Positions 1 to 10,805 of a stretch of 64,000 nucleotides of DNA are shown here, one piece after another. The notes below the pieces were generated by a model. That model saw only the letters and a program-made list of their open reading frames with translations, was not told the DNA's origin and did no database searches. The stretch is from an uncultured virus (IMG/VR IMGVR_UViG_3300035424_000203) (lineage: Duplodnaviria; Heunggongvirae; Uroviricota; Caudoviricetes). The position numbers and the translations under genes are program-made. The stretch is from IMG/VR virus record IMGVR_UViG_3300035424_000203. One strand, 5' to 3'. Position 1 is the stretch's first letter. Each line of letters opens with the position of its first letter.

Positions 1-157
1 CACATTCTCCTTTCCTGCCCTTAGTATACCCTGATTTGATGTAAAATTCAACAGCATATTTTACAACGGTATTTTAGTGAGCGCCCCATATGGATTTCGA
101 GAGGCTCCCGGTCTTGAAAAGGACGAAGCACAGCAACACCGTATATCCCACGCAGGT

Positions 158-675
158 TCAGATAGCCCCCACCATGTCGCCGCCTGCCGCGATACCCTGT
201 ACCAGAACGGCGTAGATAGCCATGCAGACTATGATAAGCATCTCCTGGAACCCAACAGCGAAAAGGAACTTGAAATAGTTGTGCCCCATGTGCCCGGACT
301 CCCGGTTGGCGATAGTAGCGAAGGGGATAGGGGCAAGGCTGGTAATCAGGTAAATCTCTATCATGCGCCCGTAGACAATGACGAACACCACGATATTCAG
401 GGCCGTCATGGTGAACTGCACGAAGAAGGATTGCAGGAAGATTCCCAGCAGGGGACCAAGCTCCATTGCTTCAAGCTGGGCCTGCATGTTCTCCAGTGCC
501 TCCGGCGTGACGGCGGTGGAGCCCTGTATCAGCCCCGCCGACTGCTGCACTACATGCTGGGAGACGTCAAATACCGCCATGACGATGTTGAAGGTGTTGG
601 AGAGCACCAGCACGGCGGCGAAGGTCTTGAAAATCCATTTGAAGAATATCCAGGTGTCGAAGTTGTGGAGGTTGT
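158..675 (-). pseudogene. C-terminal part of an ICE T4SS VirB6-like membrane protein, 5' part lost at the IS21 end
   Basis: Hydrophobic ORF (NFDTWIFFKW...YGRMIEIYL...APIPFAT) resembling Firmicute ICE membrane proteins. The first ~20 codons of ORF 158..742 lie inside the IS inverted repeat. Confidence 0.7.
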
Positions 676-820
676 TGTGATTATTATCAAGCTTGGGAGC
701 CACTGCATTTTCACCATAATTATCATGCTTGAGAGTCACCATAAAATACTATATATAGTTTTATCACAAATGGTATGACTACCGTCATAGCCATGCCACC
801 GTTATTATAAACATCTGAAA

Positions 821-1585
821 TCAGCCTAATGAATCAATTACAGATTTTGCCCTCTTGGAATCGTACAGTTTTCTAAGATTATTATCTGTCGTAGGTATCG
901 TATAAGAGTCATGGATGATTCTGTCCATTATGGAACCTGCCTGTGTTCCTCCTCCCAGTTCCTCATGCCAGTCTTCTACATCGTATTGTTCCACAAAGAT
1001 TGTCGGACTGTTGCCACATCTTTGCTCTATGAGTTCATATATAAATTTCGATTCTCTCTCATTTATTTTATAGTTTAACCATTCGTCAATAATCAGAACC
1101 TTGTAATCCCCAAGTCTTTTCCTATACCTGACCTGCTCCCTGAGATTATCCTTATGGTTTTGGAAATGGTCCAGCATATCAGGCATTCTGATATAGCAGG
1201 CTCGCAGAGTCTGTTTACATGCTTCTACTCCAAGCACACATGGCAGGTATGTTTTTACTGCACCTGTCGCTCCTGTAATGATCAGATTAGTGGCAGCGCT
1301 TACAAAGCCCATGGAAGCGAGATTGACAATCATATCCCTGCTTATCCCCCTCGCCTCACAGTCAAGTGTTCCAAGACTTGCATTCGGATACTTCAATTCT
1401 GCATTCTTTGTGAGTCTCGCAATCAGGCGGTTTTGTCTTTCTGTTATAAGTTTTGCAAGCAGATGTTCCGGTCTGTCATTGTAGTTCAGATCTACAAGCG
1501 GCACATTTTTCTACTGATTTTCTATAACCGATACCAAGTCACCCAGTTCCAATACTGTTAATTGTTTCTTAAGTTCCATATTCAT
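821..1585 (-). pseudogene. istB: IstB AAA+ ATPase, interrupted
   Basis: Walker A degenerate (GATGAVKT), Walker B LIIDE, and MDRIIH motif. The upstream in-frame MELKKQL... segment is separated from ORF 821..1504 by an in-frame TAG. Confidence 0.85.
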
Positions 1586-2972
1586 TGCTTTGTGCCATCC
1601 TTTCTGTAATAATCCGCACCCCGCACAATGCCATGTTCATGCTTTTTTGCATCCTCGGGTTTTGCTTCATTCTTCCTGCACTTTGATATTTCCTTTATGT
1701 ATGGAATCAGCGTGTTGTATATGATCATATGGAAATCCTTTAAAGCCTTTCCGCAGGCTTCTTCTAGCATTTCCTCTCCATATATGCCTGCTATATCAAG
1801 GGCTGTCCTGGCATCCATAAGAGCCTGTTCCTTTATTTTTGCATGATCGTAGATCCTGCATACCACAGTTTTTGTATTGGAACCTATTTTTTATGCTTTT
1901 GCAGTGGTTGATTCCACGGTTTCAGGAACGTATAACGGATAAGGGGGGTGGGAGGCTTTCGCCCGTTTACCGTTTTTTATGCCTGCCGGAAGGCGCTTAT
2001 GTTCTGCAATAAGTTTATGTGGCGAATAAATATAAACCATTACGTTGTTATGCCTTACATCAACATATCTGTTCAGATAGTCACCGGGAACAGAGTACTC
2101 TCCTTTATCAAACCATATATGGGAGTCTGGACATAGGATCATTCACATATCTCAAAGAGCATCAGTGGCAGGGCCCTCAGCATCGGTTTTTCTTCGGTTT
2201 CAAAAATAATCTTTCTGCTTAGGTTTTCTGGCTTCTGCCGGCATGATTGCAACCTGATAATGTTCCGCAAAAGATAAATATGCATCATTCAAAACGATCT
2301 CCCCATGCTTCGGATGGGTGATAACTCCGGTTTTCAGGTTGTCGCATATGATCTTCAAGGGAGAGCCTTCAAAGAATTCAAGCATATGTACATTACAGTA
2401 CAGCCAGTCTGGCTGGTTCATGGATGCAGCAGCTTCAACATATGTATACTGGCTGTAAGGAAATGTTGCAACAAACAGATATGCTGTACATTCGGTATTC
2501 TTATCCGAATCGATATAACTCATTGTCGGACCTGACCAGTCGACTTCAAGTGCAACGCCCGGTTTATGCTCCACATGGCTGGTATAATTCCTGCTGACAG
2601 TATATCTTTTGTAGCCTCTGGCAAATGTAGGGTAGGAACAGGCTTTTTCCCCTCCATTCTTGCATTTTTCACAGTATTCCCCCAAAGAAGCACTCCGGTA
2701 ACCCCAACCTTACTGAGTTCACTATGAACATACGCATAGTCGACCGGGGCATAGCTGCTTTTGGGTTTGAACTTATCAGGATAAAAGAAATGATATAATT
2801 CATCGTCAGACATCATGAGAAGTTCATCCCATTCCTTGCGGCGCCCATCGGAAACCTGCCTGATCCGCGCAACAGAATCCCGGGGGACGCCAAGAACACC
2901 GGAAATCCCCCGGTCACTTAGATTTTTTTGAAGCAGCTCTATGATCTGCCTTACTCTTGTTTTCTTGAACAT
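1582..2972 (-). pseudogene. istA: IstA DDE transposase, fragmented
   Basis: Split over ORFs 2520..3044, 2200..2685, 1891..2142 and 1582..1866. Motifs EVDWSG, ICDNLKTGV, YSVP and C-terminal VRGADYY. Confidence 0.85.
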
Positions 2973-3152
2973 AAAGAAAACCTCCATAAAATGTATTTGA
3001 AGGATAGAATCCTTCATGAAATACAGTTTAAAAGAGGCTGACATGCCATATCAATATATACTAATGCAGACACTATATATAGTGGTGGCTCTCAAGCGTG
3101 ATAATACAGTAAATTTTAGTGGCTTCCAAGAGTGATAATAATCACTACCACA

Positions 3153-3515
3153 TTTTCTTTCTTTGGAACGCCCTTATCAGACCCGGCATCTTCTTTCTGG
3201 GCCACGGCTTTGCCGGGGATTGTCTGTTCCTTTTTGGGAGCGGATCTGTCACCTGCCGTCTCTTTGTCCTTTTCCGTCTTTGTTTCTCCGTTTCCTTTAC
3301 GGGAGAATCAGAAAGAGCGGATTTTCCGGTTGTTTCGCAGAGTTCTGAATTTCCTCCGCCTTAGCCGGTGTCGGTGATTCCTGCACAGGGATATCCGTCT
3401 GCTTTTCCTGCGCGGCCTTTACCGCTTTCACCATATCCGCCAGACTTTGCTTTCCGGATTCTTTTGCGGTATCGGTTTCCGGTGAGGGCGGTACTTTTGC
3501 TTTTTCATCAGCCAA
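3153..3515 (-). pseudogene. Truncated first gene of the conjugative element (Lys/Glu/Pro-rich N-terminus)
   Basis: ORF 3297..3515 has an RBS (aaggagg on the minus strand), then frameshifts and is cut by the IS. Confidence 0.4.
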
Positions 3516-3682
3516 TACAGATTACCTCCTTTTCGCGGCATGAAAAAAAGGCCCAACCTTTACGGTAAGGCCCGGTCAATGGGAACTGATATAATATTTT
3601 TCGCCTCCTTCCGGTCTATATATAGGGAAAAGGACAGGTCTGGCCTGTCCTTCCTCTGGCAAAGTAAGTAAATGTAGTTGTG

Positions 3683-4288
3683 CTATGAGACGGAAACAAC
3701 CTTTTCCTCATATTTAAAAATCTTTAAATCCGGGGCTTTCCGGCTTGTCCACTCATAAATCCCTCTGATGTGTTCTCCTGTTACATCGTGGCTAGGCATA
3801 CCGCCGGCCCTTCCGCCGAGTACATTTTTTCCTTTTAGCATATCCCATGAAAAATTATCGATAGGTTCTCTGGATACTAGGAAATTACCGGCGCGTTGGG
3901 TGAGCTGGGCGAAATTAACTACATAATCCTGTGCGCCTTCCAAATAGGTGTAAATCGTGCTTTCGCTTCCCATAAACCCGATATCGGCCTCTCCGGAAAG
4001 AACGGCTGTCATCGTTTTATCCGCGCCAAAACCTGTAACTAGAGTCAGGTCAATCCCCTCTTGGGAAAAATAACCTTCTTCTATTGCCACATACATTGGC
4101 GCATAAAAAATTGAGTGCGCCACTTCATTTAAAGTGACTTTGGCAAGGGAGCCGTCTGATTTACCCGCCTTATCCCCTGTGGATTTGCCGCATCCGGCTA
4201 ACGAGCAGCAGATGAGGATAAGGCATAGACAAAGTATGGTAAGTTTTTGTAGTAAAAGACAGATATTCCTTTTGCGCATTTTTTTCAT
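3683..4288 (-). pseudogene. NitT/TauT-type ABC substrate-binding lipoprotein, C-terminally truncated
   Basis: Lipobox LAGC and VTLNEVAHSIFYAPMYVA..GGRAGGMP. After ~3795 the sequence is unrelated, and the protein is far shorter than the usual ~330 aa. Confidence 0.75.
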
Positions 4289-4473
4289 AATCCCTCCAAA
4301 ATTGATAGATGTTTTATTATATAGAAAAGCCGGAAAAATGTGTCTGTACCAATTGCGGGTTTTGGCTGCCCCTTTATTCTTGGCTAGACATTCCTACACA
4401 AACTAGTATATAATATTCAATAAAAAGAAAGCCGGACGGGCGGTTTCCGGCTGTTGATGGAGGAAAGACAGAG

Positions 4474-5745
4474 ATGGGATTGATAAAAGCTATCAAAAAT
4501 GCGGTAAGTACAGCGACGGCAGACCAGTGGAGGGAGTATTTTTACTGTGATGCATTAAATAATGAGATTCTTGCAACAAAGGGGAAAAAGCGGGTCAGCG
4601 GAAAAGGAAGCAATACGAAAGGGGAAGACAATATTATCAGCAACGGTTCCGTTGTGGCGGTCAATGAGGGTCAGTGCATGATGATTGTAGATCAGGGGAA
4701 GGTGGTAGAGTTCTGCGCGGAAGCGGGGGAATTTGTATATGACACTTCTTCGGAACCCAGTTTGTTTTATGGTGACTTTGGGGAAAGCTTGGGCCGTACT
4801 TTTGAAATCATCGGCAGGCGTTTTACATTTGGCGGGGATACGGCGAAAGAACAAAGGGTTTATTTTTTTAATACAAAGGAGATTATGGGAAATAAATACG
4901 GAACGGCAAGCCCGGTGCCTTTCCGTGTAGTGGATGCAAATATTGGTTTGGACATTGACATTACTTTGCGGTGCAATGGGGAATATTCGTATCGGATTAC
5001 AGACCCTCTTTTGTTTTATAAAAATGTGTGCGGAAATATAACAGGGAATTTCACGAAAGATGAAATAGAGAGCCAATTGAAGACGGAATTGCTGACGGCT
5101 TTGCAGCCGGCATTTGCAAGGGTTTCGGAGATGGGTGTTAGGTATAGCTCTATCCCGAAGCATACTACAGAGATGGTGGGGATATTGAATGAGGAGCTTT
5201 CTGCCAAATGGTCGGAACTGAGGGGGATTTCTATGGTTTCCTTCGGGATGAATTCCATAAAGGCGCCGGAAGAAGACGAGGCAATGATAAAGGAGTTGCA
5301 AAGGACGGCAGTATACCGGAACCCCAATATGGCGGCGGCCAGCCTTGTGAATGCCCAGGCGGATGCGATGCGGGCAGCGGCTTCCAACACGTCCACAGGC
5401 CCTATGATGGCGTTTGCAGGCATGAATATGGCAAATATGGCTGGAGGCATGAATGCCAATGCGCTATTTTCTATGGGGCAGCAGCAGGTAGCAGGCGCTC
5501 CGCAGATGCAGCAGGGGATGAATGGCGGCCAGGGAGTTGGCAATCCTGGGAATGGAGCCGGCTGGGTATGTAGCTGTGGGCAGGTAAACAAAGGGAGATT
5601 TTGCAGCGAATGCGGACAGAAGAAACCGGCCGGAGAAGCGCTTTACCGGTGTGACAAATGCGGCTGGGAGCCGGAAGACCCTAAGAACCCACCGAAATTC
5701 TGCCCGGAATGCGGTGACCCTTTTAATGAAAACGATATTAGATAA
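4474..5745 (+). CDS. SPFH (band 7)-domain protein with C-terminal zinc ribbons
   Basis: 423 aa; SPFH-like core, Gly/Met-rich linker and CxxC pairs at the C-terminus. Confidence 0.8.
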   Translation: MGLIKAIKNAVSTATADQWREYFYCDALNNEILATKGKKRVSGKGSNTKGEDNIISNGSVVAVNEGQCMMIVDQGKVVEFCAEAGEFVYDTSSEPSLFYGDFGESLGRTFEIIGRRFTFGGDTAKEQRVYFFNTKEIMGNKYGTASPVPFRVVDANIGLDIDITLRCNGEYSYRITDPLLFYKNVCGNITGNFTKDEIESQLKTELLTALQPAFARVSEMGVRYSSIPKHTTEMVGILNEELSAKWSELRGISMVSFGMNSIKAPEEDEAMIKELQRTAVYRNPNMAAASLVNAQADAMRAAASNTSTGPMMAFAGMNMANMAGGMNANALFSMGQQQVAGAPQMQQGMNGGQGVGNPGNGAGWVCSCGQVNKGRFCSECGQKKPAGEALYRCDKCGWEPEDPKNPPKFCPECGDPFNENDIR

Positions 5746-5762
5746 GGATTAGACGAAATTTT

Positions 5763-8159
5763 ATGAGTATTTACGATACGTTGAACGAACAACAGAAACA
5801 AGGTGTATTTGCAGTAGACGGACCGGTATTGCTTTTGGCAGGGGCCGGCAGCGGGAAAACCCGCGTGCTGACCCATCGGATTGCCTATCTCATTGATGAA
5901 ATAGGGGTTCAGCCATACAATATTATGGCGATTACTTTTACGAATAAGGCAGCAGGGGAAATGAGGGAGCGTGTGGATTCGATTATTGGACACGGTTCCA
6001 GCCAAGTATGGGTGTCCACTTTTCATTCCACTTGTGTACGTTTTCTGCACAGATACATAGACCGGATAGGGTTTGACAATCATTTTACCATTTATGATAC
6101 GGATGACCAAAAGACAATTATGAAAGATGTCTGCAAACGTTTGCAGATTGATACGAAAATGTTGAAAGAGCGGACAATTTTGAATGCTATTTCATCTGCA
6201 AAGGATGAGCTGGTTTCCCCGGAGGATTATCGGCTGCAGGCGATGGGGGATTTCCACAAAGAAAAAATCGCCCAAGTGTACTTGGAATACCAGGCAACGC
6301 TTAGGAAAAACAATGCGTTGGATTTTGACGATTTAATCGTTAAAACGGTGGAATTGTTTAAAAGCTGCCCGGAGGTGCTGGAAGGCTACCAGGACAGGTT
6401 CCGCTATATCATGGTGGACGAATATCAGGATACGAATACGGCTCAGTTTGAACTAATACGCCTGTTGGCGGATAAGTACAGGAACCTTTGCGTGGTCGGG
6501 GATGATGACCAGTCAATTTATAAGTTCCGCGGTGCGAATATCAGGAATATCCTTGATTTTGAAAAGGTATATCCGGAAGCTACCGTGATTAAACTGGAAC
6601 AAAATTACCGTTCCACCCAGAATGTATTGGATGCGGCAAATGCGGTGATAAAGAACAACACGGGGCGTAAGGAAAAGGCTCTTTGGACGAAAAAAGGGCA
6701 AGGCAGCAAAGTGCATTTCAGGCAGTTGGATACGGCCTATGAAGAAGCGGAATTTGTGGCGGATGATTTGACGAGGAAAAAGAGGGGAGGCTCTGCGGAT
6801 TACGGCGATTTTGCGGTTCTTTACCGAACCAATGCACAGGCGCGTATGTTGGAGGAGCGGTTTATTCTGGAAGGAATCCCCTATGATGTGGTAGGCGGCA
6901 CGAATTTTTATGCCAGAAGGGAAATCAAGGACATGCTCGCCTACTTGAAGACGGTGGACAACGGCAGGGATGATGTGGCTGCAAAGCGGATTATCAATGT
7001 GCCGAAAAGGGGGATTGGAGCGACGACGATTGCCCGGGTACAGGATTATGCGGTCATGCGCAATATTAGTTTTTACGATGCCCTGCGGGAAGCGGACCAG
7101 ATTGTGTCAATCGGAAAAAGCGCCGGGAAGCTGGAACCTTTTGTAACGATGATTCAAAGCTTCCGTAGCAAACTGGAATTTTATGGATTGGAGGGGCTGA
7201 TTAAGGATATTATCGAATCGACCGGATATGTGAAGGAGCTGGAGGCTTCAGACGAAGAGGATGCGGAGGATAGAATCCATAATATCGATGAGTTAATCAG
7301 TAAAATTGTGGCATATGAAGAAACCCATGAGGGGGCTTCCTTAAGTGAGTTTTTGGAAGAAGTGGCTCTGGTAGCGGACATCGACCGGATAGAGGGCGAC
7401 AGCAGCAGAGTATTGCTTATGACATTACATAGCGCGAAAGGGCTGGAATTTCCGCATGTATATCTAACGGGCATGGAAGATGGGATATTTCCGGGGTATA
7501 TGGCGGTGACTTCCGACAGCGACGAAGATATGGAAGAAGAACGCCGGCTTGCCTATGTGGGAATCACGAGGGCAAAAGAGGATTTGACGTTGACATGCGT
7601 AAAACAGCGTATGCTAAGAGGGGAAACCCAGTATAATCCGGTGAGCCGTTTCGTAAAAGAAATCCCGGAGGAGTTGTTGGATCAAAAAGTGCCTTCCATA
7701 AAAAAATGGGATTTTAAGGAGTATGAAGAAGAATCCAGTGAAAAGTTAAGGTTCCGCTCAAAACCTTTTGGCATGGATTACGCCCAGTCAGGCAGCAGCT
7801 CTTCCGGAGACTGTGCATCTGAGAGTTATCAAAAAGTTTTCGATAAAACGAAAACTTATTCGGGTAAAGCAAAGCCAAAAGCTGTGGCAGTGCCGAAGCG
7901 GACTCCTGCAGAAAACCGTCCGTTCATAGCAGGCGGAGGGCTTGGAAGCCTAAAAGATGTAAACGGGCTGTCGAAAGGGGTGCCGGGGAACGGAGAAGTA
8001 AACTATGGAATCGGGGATAGGGTAAAACATGTGAAGTATGGGGAAGGCACCGTAATGAAGCTGGAAAAAGGCCCAAGGGATTATCAGGTGACAGTCGTAT
8101 TTGACGAAGCCGGGCAAAAAATTATGTATGCTGCATTTGCAAAATTGAAAAAGTTGTAA
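5763..8159 (+). CDS. pcrA: ATP-dependent DNA helicase PcrA/UvrD
   Basis: AGAGSGKT, VDEYQD, VGDDDQSIY, LEQNYRS, TLHSAKGLEF, EERRLAYVGITRA and a C-terminal Tudor-like domain. Confidence 0.96.
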   Translation: MSIYDTLNEQQKQGVFAVDGPVLLLAGAGSGKTRVLTHRIAYLIDEIGVQPYNIMAITFTNKAAGEMRERVDSIIGHGSSQVWVSTFHSTCVRFLHRYIDRIGFDNHFTIYDTDDQKTIMKDVCKRLQIDTKMLKERTILNAISSAKDELVSPEDYRLQAMGDFHKEKIAQVYLEYQATLRKNNALDFDDLIVKTVELFKSCPEVLEGYQDRFRYIMVDEYQDTNTAQFELIRLLADKYRNLCVVGDDDQSIYKFRGANIRNILDFEKVYPEATVIKLEQNYRSTQNVLDAANAVIKNNTGRKEKALWTKKGQGSKVHFRQLDTAYEEAEFVADDLTRKKRGGSADYGDFAVLYRTNAQARMLEERFILEGIPYDVVGGTNFYARREIKDMLAYLKTVDNGRDDVAAKRIINVPKRGIGATTIARVQDYAVMRNISFYDALREADQIVSIGKSAGKLEPFVTMIQSFRSKLEFYGLEGLIKDIIESTGYVKELEASDEEDAEDRIHNIDELISKIVAYEETHEGASLSEFLEEVALVADIDRIEGDSSRVLLMTLHSAKGLEFPHVYLTGMEDGIFPGYMAVTSDSDEDMEEERRLAYVGITRAKEDLTLTCVKQRMLRGETQYNPVSRFVKEIPEELLDQKVPSIKKWDFKEYEEESSEKLRFRSKPFGMDYAQSGSSSSGDCASESYQKVFDKTKTYSGKAKPKAVAVPKRTPAENRPFIAGGGLGSLKDVNGLSKGVPGNGEVNYGIGDRVKHVKYGEGTVMKLEKGPRDYQVTVVFDEAGQKIMYAAFAKLKKL

Positions 8160-8317
8160 ATTTATCAAATTTTTATAGTAAATTTTTGGAATTAGTGTTA
8201 TATTATATTATAGAAAAAAGGTTTGATGATTTTGCAGAAGTTGGAAAAGGTATCAATGATAATTTACGTCCTGCAAGGCAACAATAAACCAAGTAAAGAC
8301 GAAGAGAGGTATAGGTT

Positions 8318-8608
8318 ATGAACAGATTAAACAAATTAGAAGAATATATTGATATGTCGAGGATTAACGAGCTGTTAGGCAAGAAGGAAGAGGAAAAGAA
8401 GTGCAAATGCTGCGATACTGTACTTTGGATTTTGGCAGTAGTTGGCGCAGTAGCAGCAGTAGCTGGAATTGCATATGCGGTTTACCGTTATTTGAAACCG
8501 GATTATCTGGAAGATTTTGAAGACGACTTTGACGATGATTTCGATGATGACTTCTTTGAAGATGAAGATGATGAAGAAGACAGCCAGGAGGAAGATTCCG
8601 AAGAATAA
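8318..8608 (+). CDS. Small single-TM protein with acidic tail
   Basis: RBS gaggt, one hydrophobic helix, Asp/Glu-rich C-terminus. Confidence 0.8.
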   Translation: MNRLNKLEEYIDMSRINELLGKKEEEKKCKCCDTVLWILAVVGAVAAVAGIAYAVYRYLKPDYLEDFEDDFDDDFDDDFFEDEDDEEDSQEEDSEE

Positions 8609-8664
8609 CAGCTAAGAATTGTTGTTGGCAGGAGCAGGGAAATATCATATAGAATAGGAATAGG

Positions 8665-8698
8665 GCGGAATGTACGTACTTAGTACATTCCGTTTTTT
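8665..8698 (+). terminator. Intrinsic terminator
   Basis: cggaatgtac...gtacattccg followed by a T run. Confidence 0.75.
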
Positions 8699-8951
8699 AC
8701 CTTATAGGAAAGTCCTTCGCCAGAAGGAAATAAATTGAGGAAGAACCGGAGGTTCTTCATGAAGTGTTGAAGACACTTTTTTATCATATAGGAAAGTTCT
8801 CCGGATTTCCCATATGGCAAAAAGTAATAATCGCACTGCGGCAGAGGGGAAACATGTTGCTGCCGCGACCCGCCGCAGGCGGAGAATCCTGCAAGCAGGA
8901 TTCTTTTTTACCTAAGTTCCTTTTGGGGATTTTGTTGTTGAGGTAACAAAG

Positions 8952-9146
8952 ATGATAAATAAAGAGGCCTTGGAAAAAATACGAATATTGGAGCAGAAAT
9001 ATAAGGAAACTTGGGGTATAAATGTAGACTATACAATAATTCCGCCTGGAATGGCTCAGGAAAAGTTAGTTGAGGTTCTTGAAAGAATAGTAGACACAGG
9101 TGAAAGTATCATTGTAGGGTTTAGTAAGATAAAAAATAAACATTAG
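8952..9146 (+). CDS. Hypothetical 64-aa protein
   Basis: RBS gaggt and a plausible composition. Confidence 0.6.
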   Translation: MINKEALEKIRILEQKYKETWGINVDYTIIPPGMAQEKLVEVLERIVDTGESIIVGFSKIKNKH

Positions 9147-9284
9147 GGACACATTTATGAAAGGGGAATTGCCGGACTGCACAAAAAGTATTGGACAGGC
9201 TGTGCATTGCGTACCAAAGGGGAATGGGGATAAGAAGGTATAGGGTATAGGGATGAAGAATTAGGAAGGAGTGTATGGAAACAT

Positions 9285-10667
9285 ATGAAAAAGGGAGAAA
9301 TATTGGAAGGAACGGTAGAACGGATAGAGTTTCCAAACAAAGGGATTGTAGTGTGCGAGGAAGGAAGCTGTGTAGTGAAAAATGCGTTGCCAGGGCAGCG
9401 GGTTTCTTTTAGGGTGAGCAAGGCAAGGAAAGGGAAAGCTGAAGGGAGGCTGTTAGAAGTGCTGGAAAAATCCCCCTTGGAGACGGGGAGTCCGTGTTCC
9501 TGTTTTGGGGGTTGCGGGGGATGTACTTACCTATCCCTTCGGTATGAGGAGCAGCTTAGAATCAAAGAAGAACAGGTGAAAAAGTTGTTGGAATCTGTGC
9601 TGTGGAAGCAGAAAAAAAAATATGTGTATGAAGGAATCAAGCCGAGCCCGATGCCGTATGAATATAGGAATAAGATGGAATTTACTTTTGGAGATGAGGA
9701 AAAAGACGGTCCTCTGGCTTTGGGGATGCATAAAAGGGGAAGCTTTTATGATATCGTGACAGTAGATGGATGCCGGATTGTGGACGGGGATTATCGGAAA
9801 ATCTTAAAGTGTGCGTTAGATTATTTTTCGGATAGAAAGGTAAGTTTTTTCCATAGGCTGCGGCATGAAGGGTATTTGCGGCATTTATTGGTGCGGAAGG
9901 CGGCAAAGACAGGGGAAATATTAATTGCACTAGTGACAACGACACAGGAAGAACATGATTTAGCGCCTTTCTCGGATGCATTGCTGCAATTGGAACTGGA
10001 GGGGAAAATTGTGGGTATCCTCCATACAAAAAATGACTCGAATGCTGACGTAGTGCAGAATGAAGGAACAGAAATATTGTACGGGCAGGATTATTTTTAT
10101 GATGAACTACTTGGGTTGAAATTCAGGATATCGGAGTTTTCCTTTTTCCAAACGAATACTTATGGTGCGGAAGTGCTTTACAAGACTGTGAAAGATTATA
10201 TTGGGCTCTCTGCCAGAAGCGATAAAAAGATGCAGACGGTTTTTGATTTGTACAGCGGTACAGGAACCATAGCCCAAATGATGTCGGATGTGGCGGGGAA
10301 AGTAATCGGTGTGGAAATTGTGGAGGAAGCCGTAGAAGCAGCGCGGAAAAATGCGGAAATGAATCGTTTGGATAACTGTGAATTTATTGCCGGGGATGTG
10401 CTGAAGGTAATAGATGAGATAGATGAAAAACCGGATTTTATTATATTAGACCCGCCAAGAGACGGTGTTCACCCGAAGGCTTTGAAGAAGATTATAGGCT
10501 ATGGGGTGGAACGGCTGATTTATATTTCTTGCAAACCTACCAGCCTTGTGAGGGATTTGGAGGTGTTTTTGGAGAATGGATATGAAGTGGAACGGGCGGC
10601 AGCGGTGGATCAGTTTCCTTGGACGGCGAATGTGGAAACTATTTGCTGTTTAAGCCGCATAAAATAA
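9285..10667 (+). CDS. rlmD: 23S rRNA m5U1939 methyltransferase
   Basis: TRAM N-terminus, Fe-S CxxxxxCGGC, SFFQTN, DLYSGTG, LDPPRDG, YISC and DQFPWTANVET. Confidence 0.95.
   Translation: MKKGEILEGTVERIEFPNKGIVVCEEGSCVVKNALPGQRVSFRVSKARKGKAEGRLLEVLEKSPLETGSPCSCFGGCGGCTYLSLRYEEQLRIKEEQVKKLLESVLWKQKKKYVYEGIKPSPMPYEYRNKMEFTFGDEEKDGPLALGMHKRGSFYDIVTVDGCRIVDGDYRKILKCALDYFSDRKVSFFHRLRHEGYLRHLLVRKAAKTGEILIALVTTTQEEHDLAPFSDALLQLELEGKIVGILHTKNDSNADVVQNEGTEILYGQDYFYDELLGLKFRISEFSFFQTNTYGAEVLYKTVKDYIGLSARSDKKMQTVFDLYSGTGTIAQMMSDVAGKVIGVEIVEEAVEAARKNAEMNRLDNCEFIAGDVLKVIDEIDEKPDFIILDPPRDGVHPKALKKIIGYGVERLIYISCKPTSLVRDLEVFLENGYEVERAAAVDQFPWTANVETICCLSRIK
10623..10636 (+). repeat. attL core
   Basis: acggcgaatgtgga, identical to 18485-18498. 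Confidence 0.85.
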
Positions 10668-10704
10668 GGGTTTTTAAGGCTTTAGAGGGTGTGAAAATAG
10701 GTGG

Positions 10705-10726
10705 TTTGCCACCGATTTGCCACCGT
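10705..10726 (+). promoter_or_regulatory. Putative integrase arm-binding sites
   Basis: tttgccaccg twice; the same motif is repeated at 18348-18377 near attR. Confidence 0.7.
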
Positions 10727-10755
10727 AATTCTGAAAAACTACCCAAAACGTTAAG

Positions 10756-10799
10756 AGAGGGCTGAACAGCGGTGAACTTCTGCTGTTCAGCCCTCTTTT
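10756..10799. terminator. Terminator between rlmD and the integrase
   Basis: agagggctgaacagc / gctgttcagccctct, a 15-bp perfect stem. Confidence 0.8.
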
Positions 10800-10805
10800 G
10801 GTATT

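Larger units (their letters stand above)
671..3152 (-). mobile_element. Degenerate IS21-family insertion sequence
   Basis: istA and istB remnants between ~70-bp imperfect inverted repeats (left gtgattattatcaagcttgggagccac; right reverse complement gtgattattatcactcttggaagccac). Each end has internal repeated units, as is typical of IS21. End coordinates are uncertain by a few bp. Confidence 0.85.

Noticed and set aside
77..778. 233-aa plus-strand ORF
   Set aside because: Antisense shadow of the T4SS membrane gene, running into the IS end.
8500..8600. gaYgaY low-complexity repeats
   Set aside because: Explained by the encoded Asp/Glu-rich tail.
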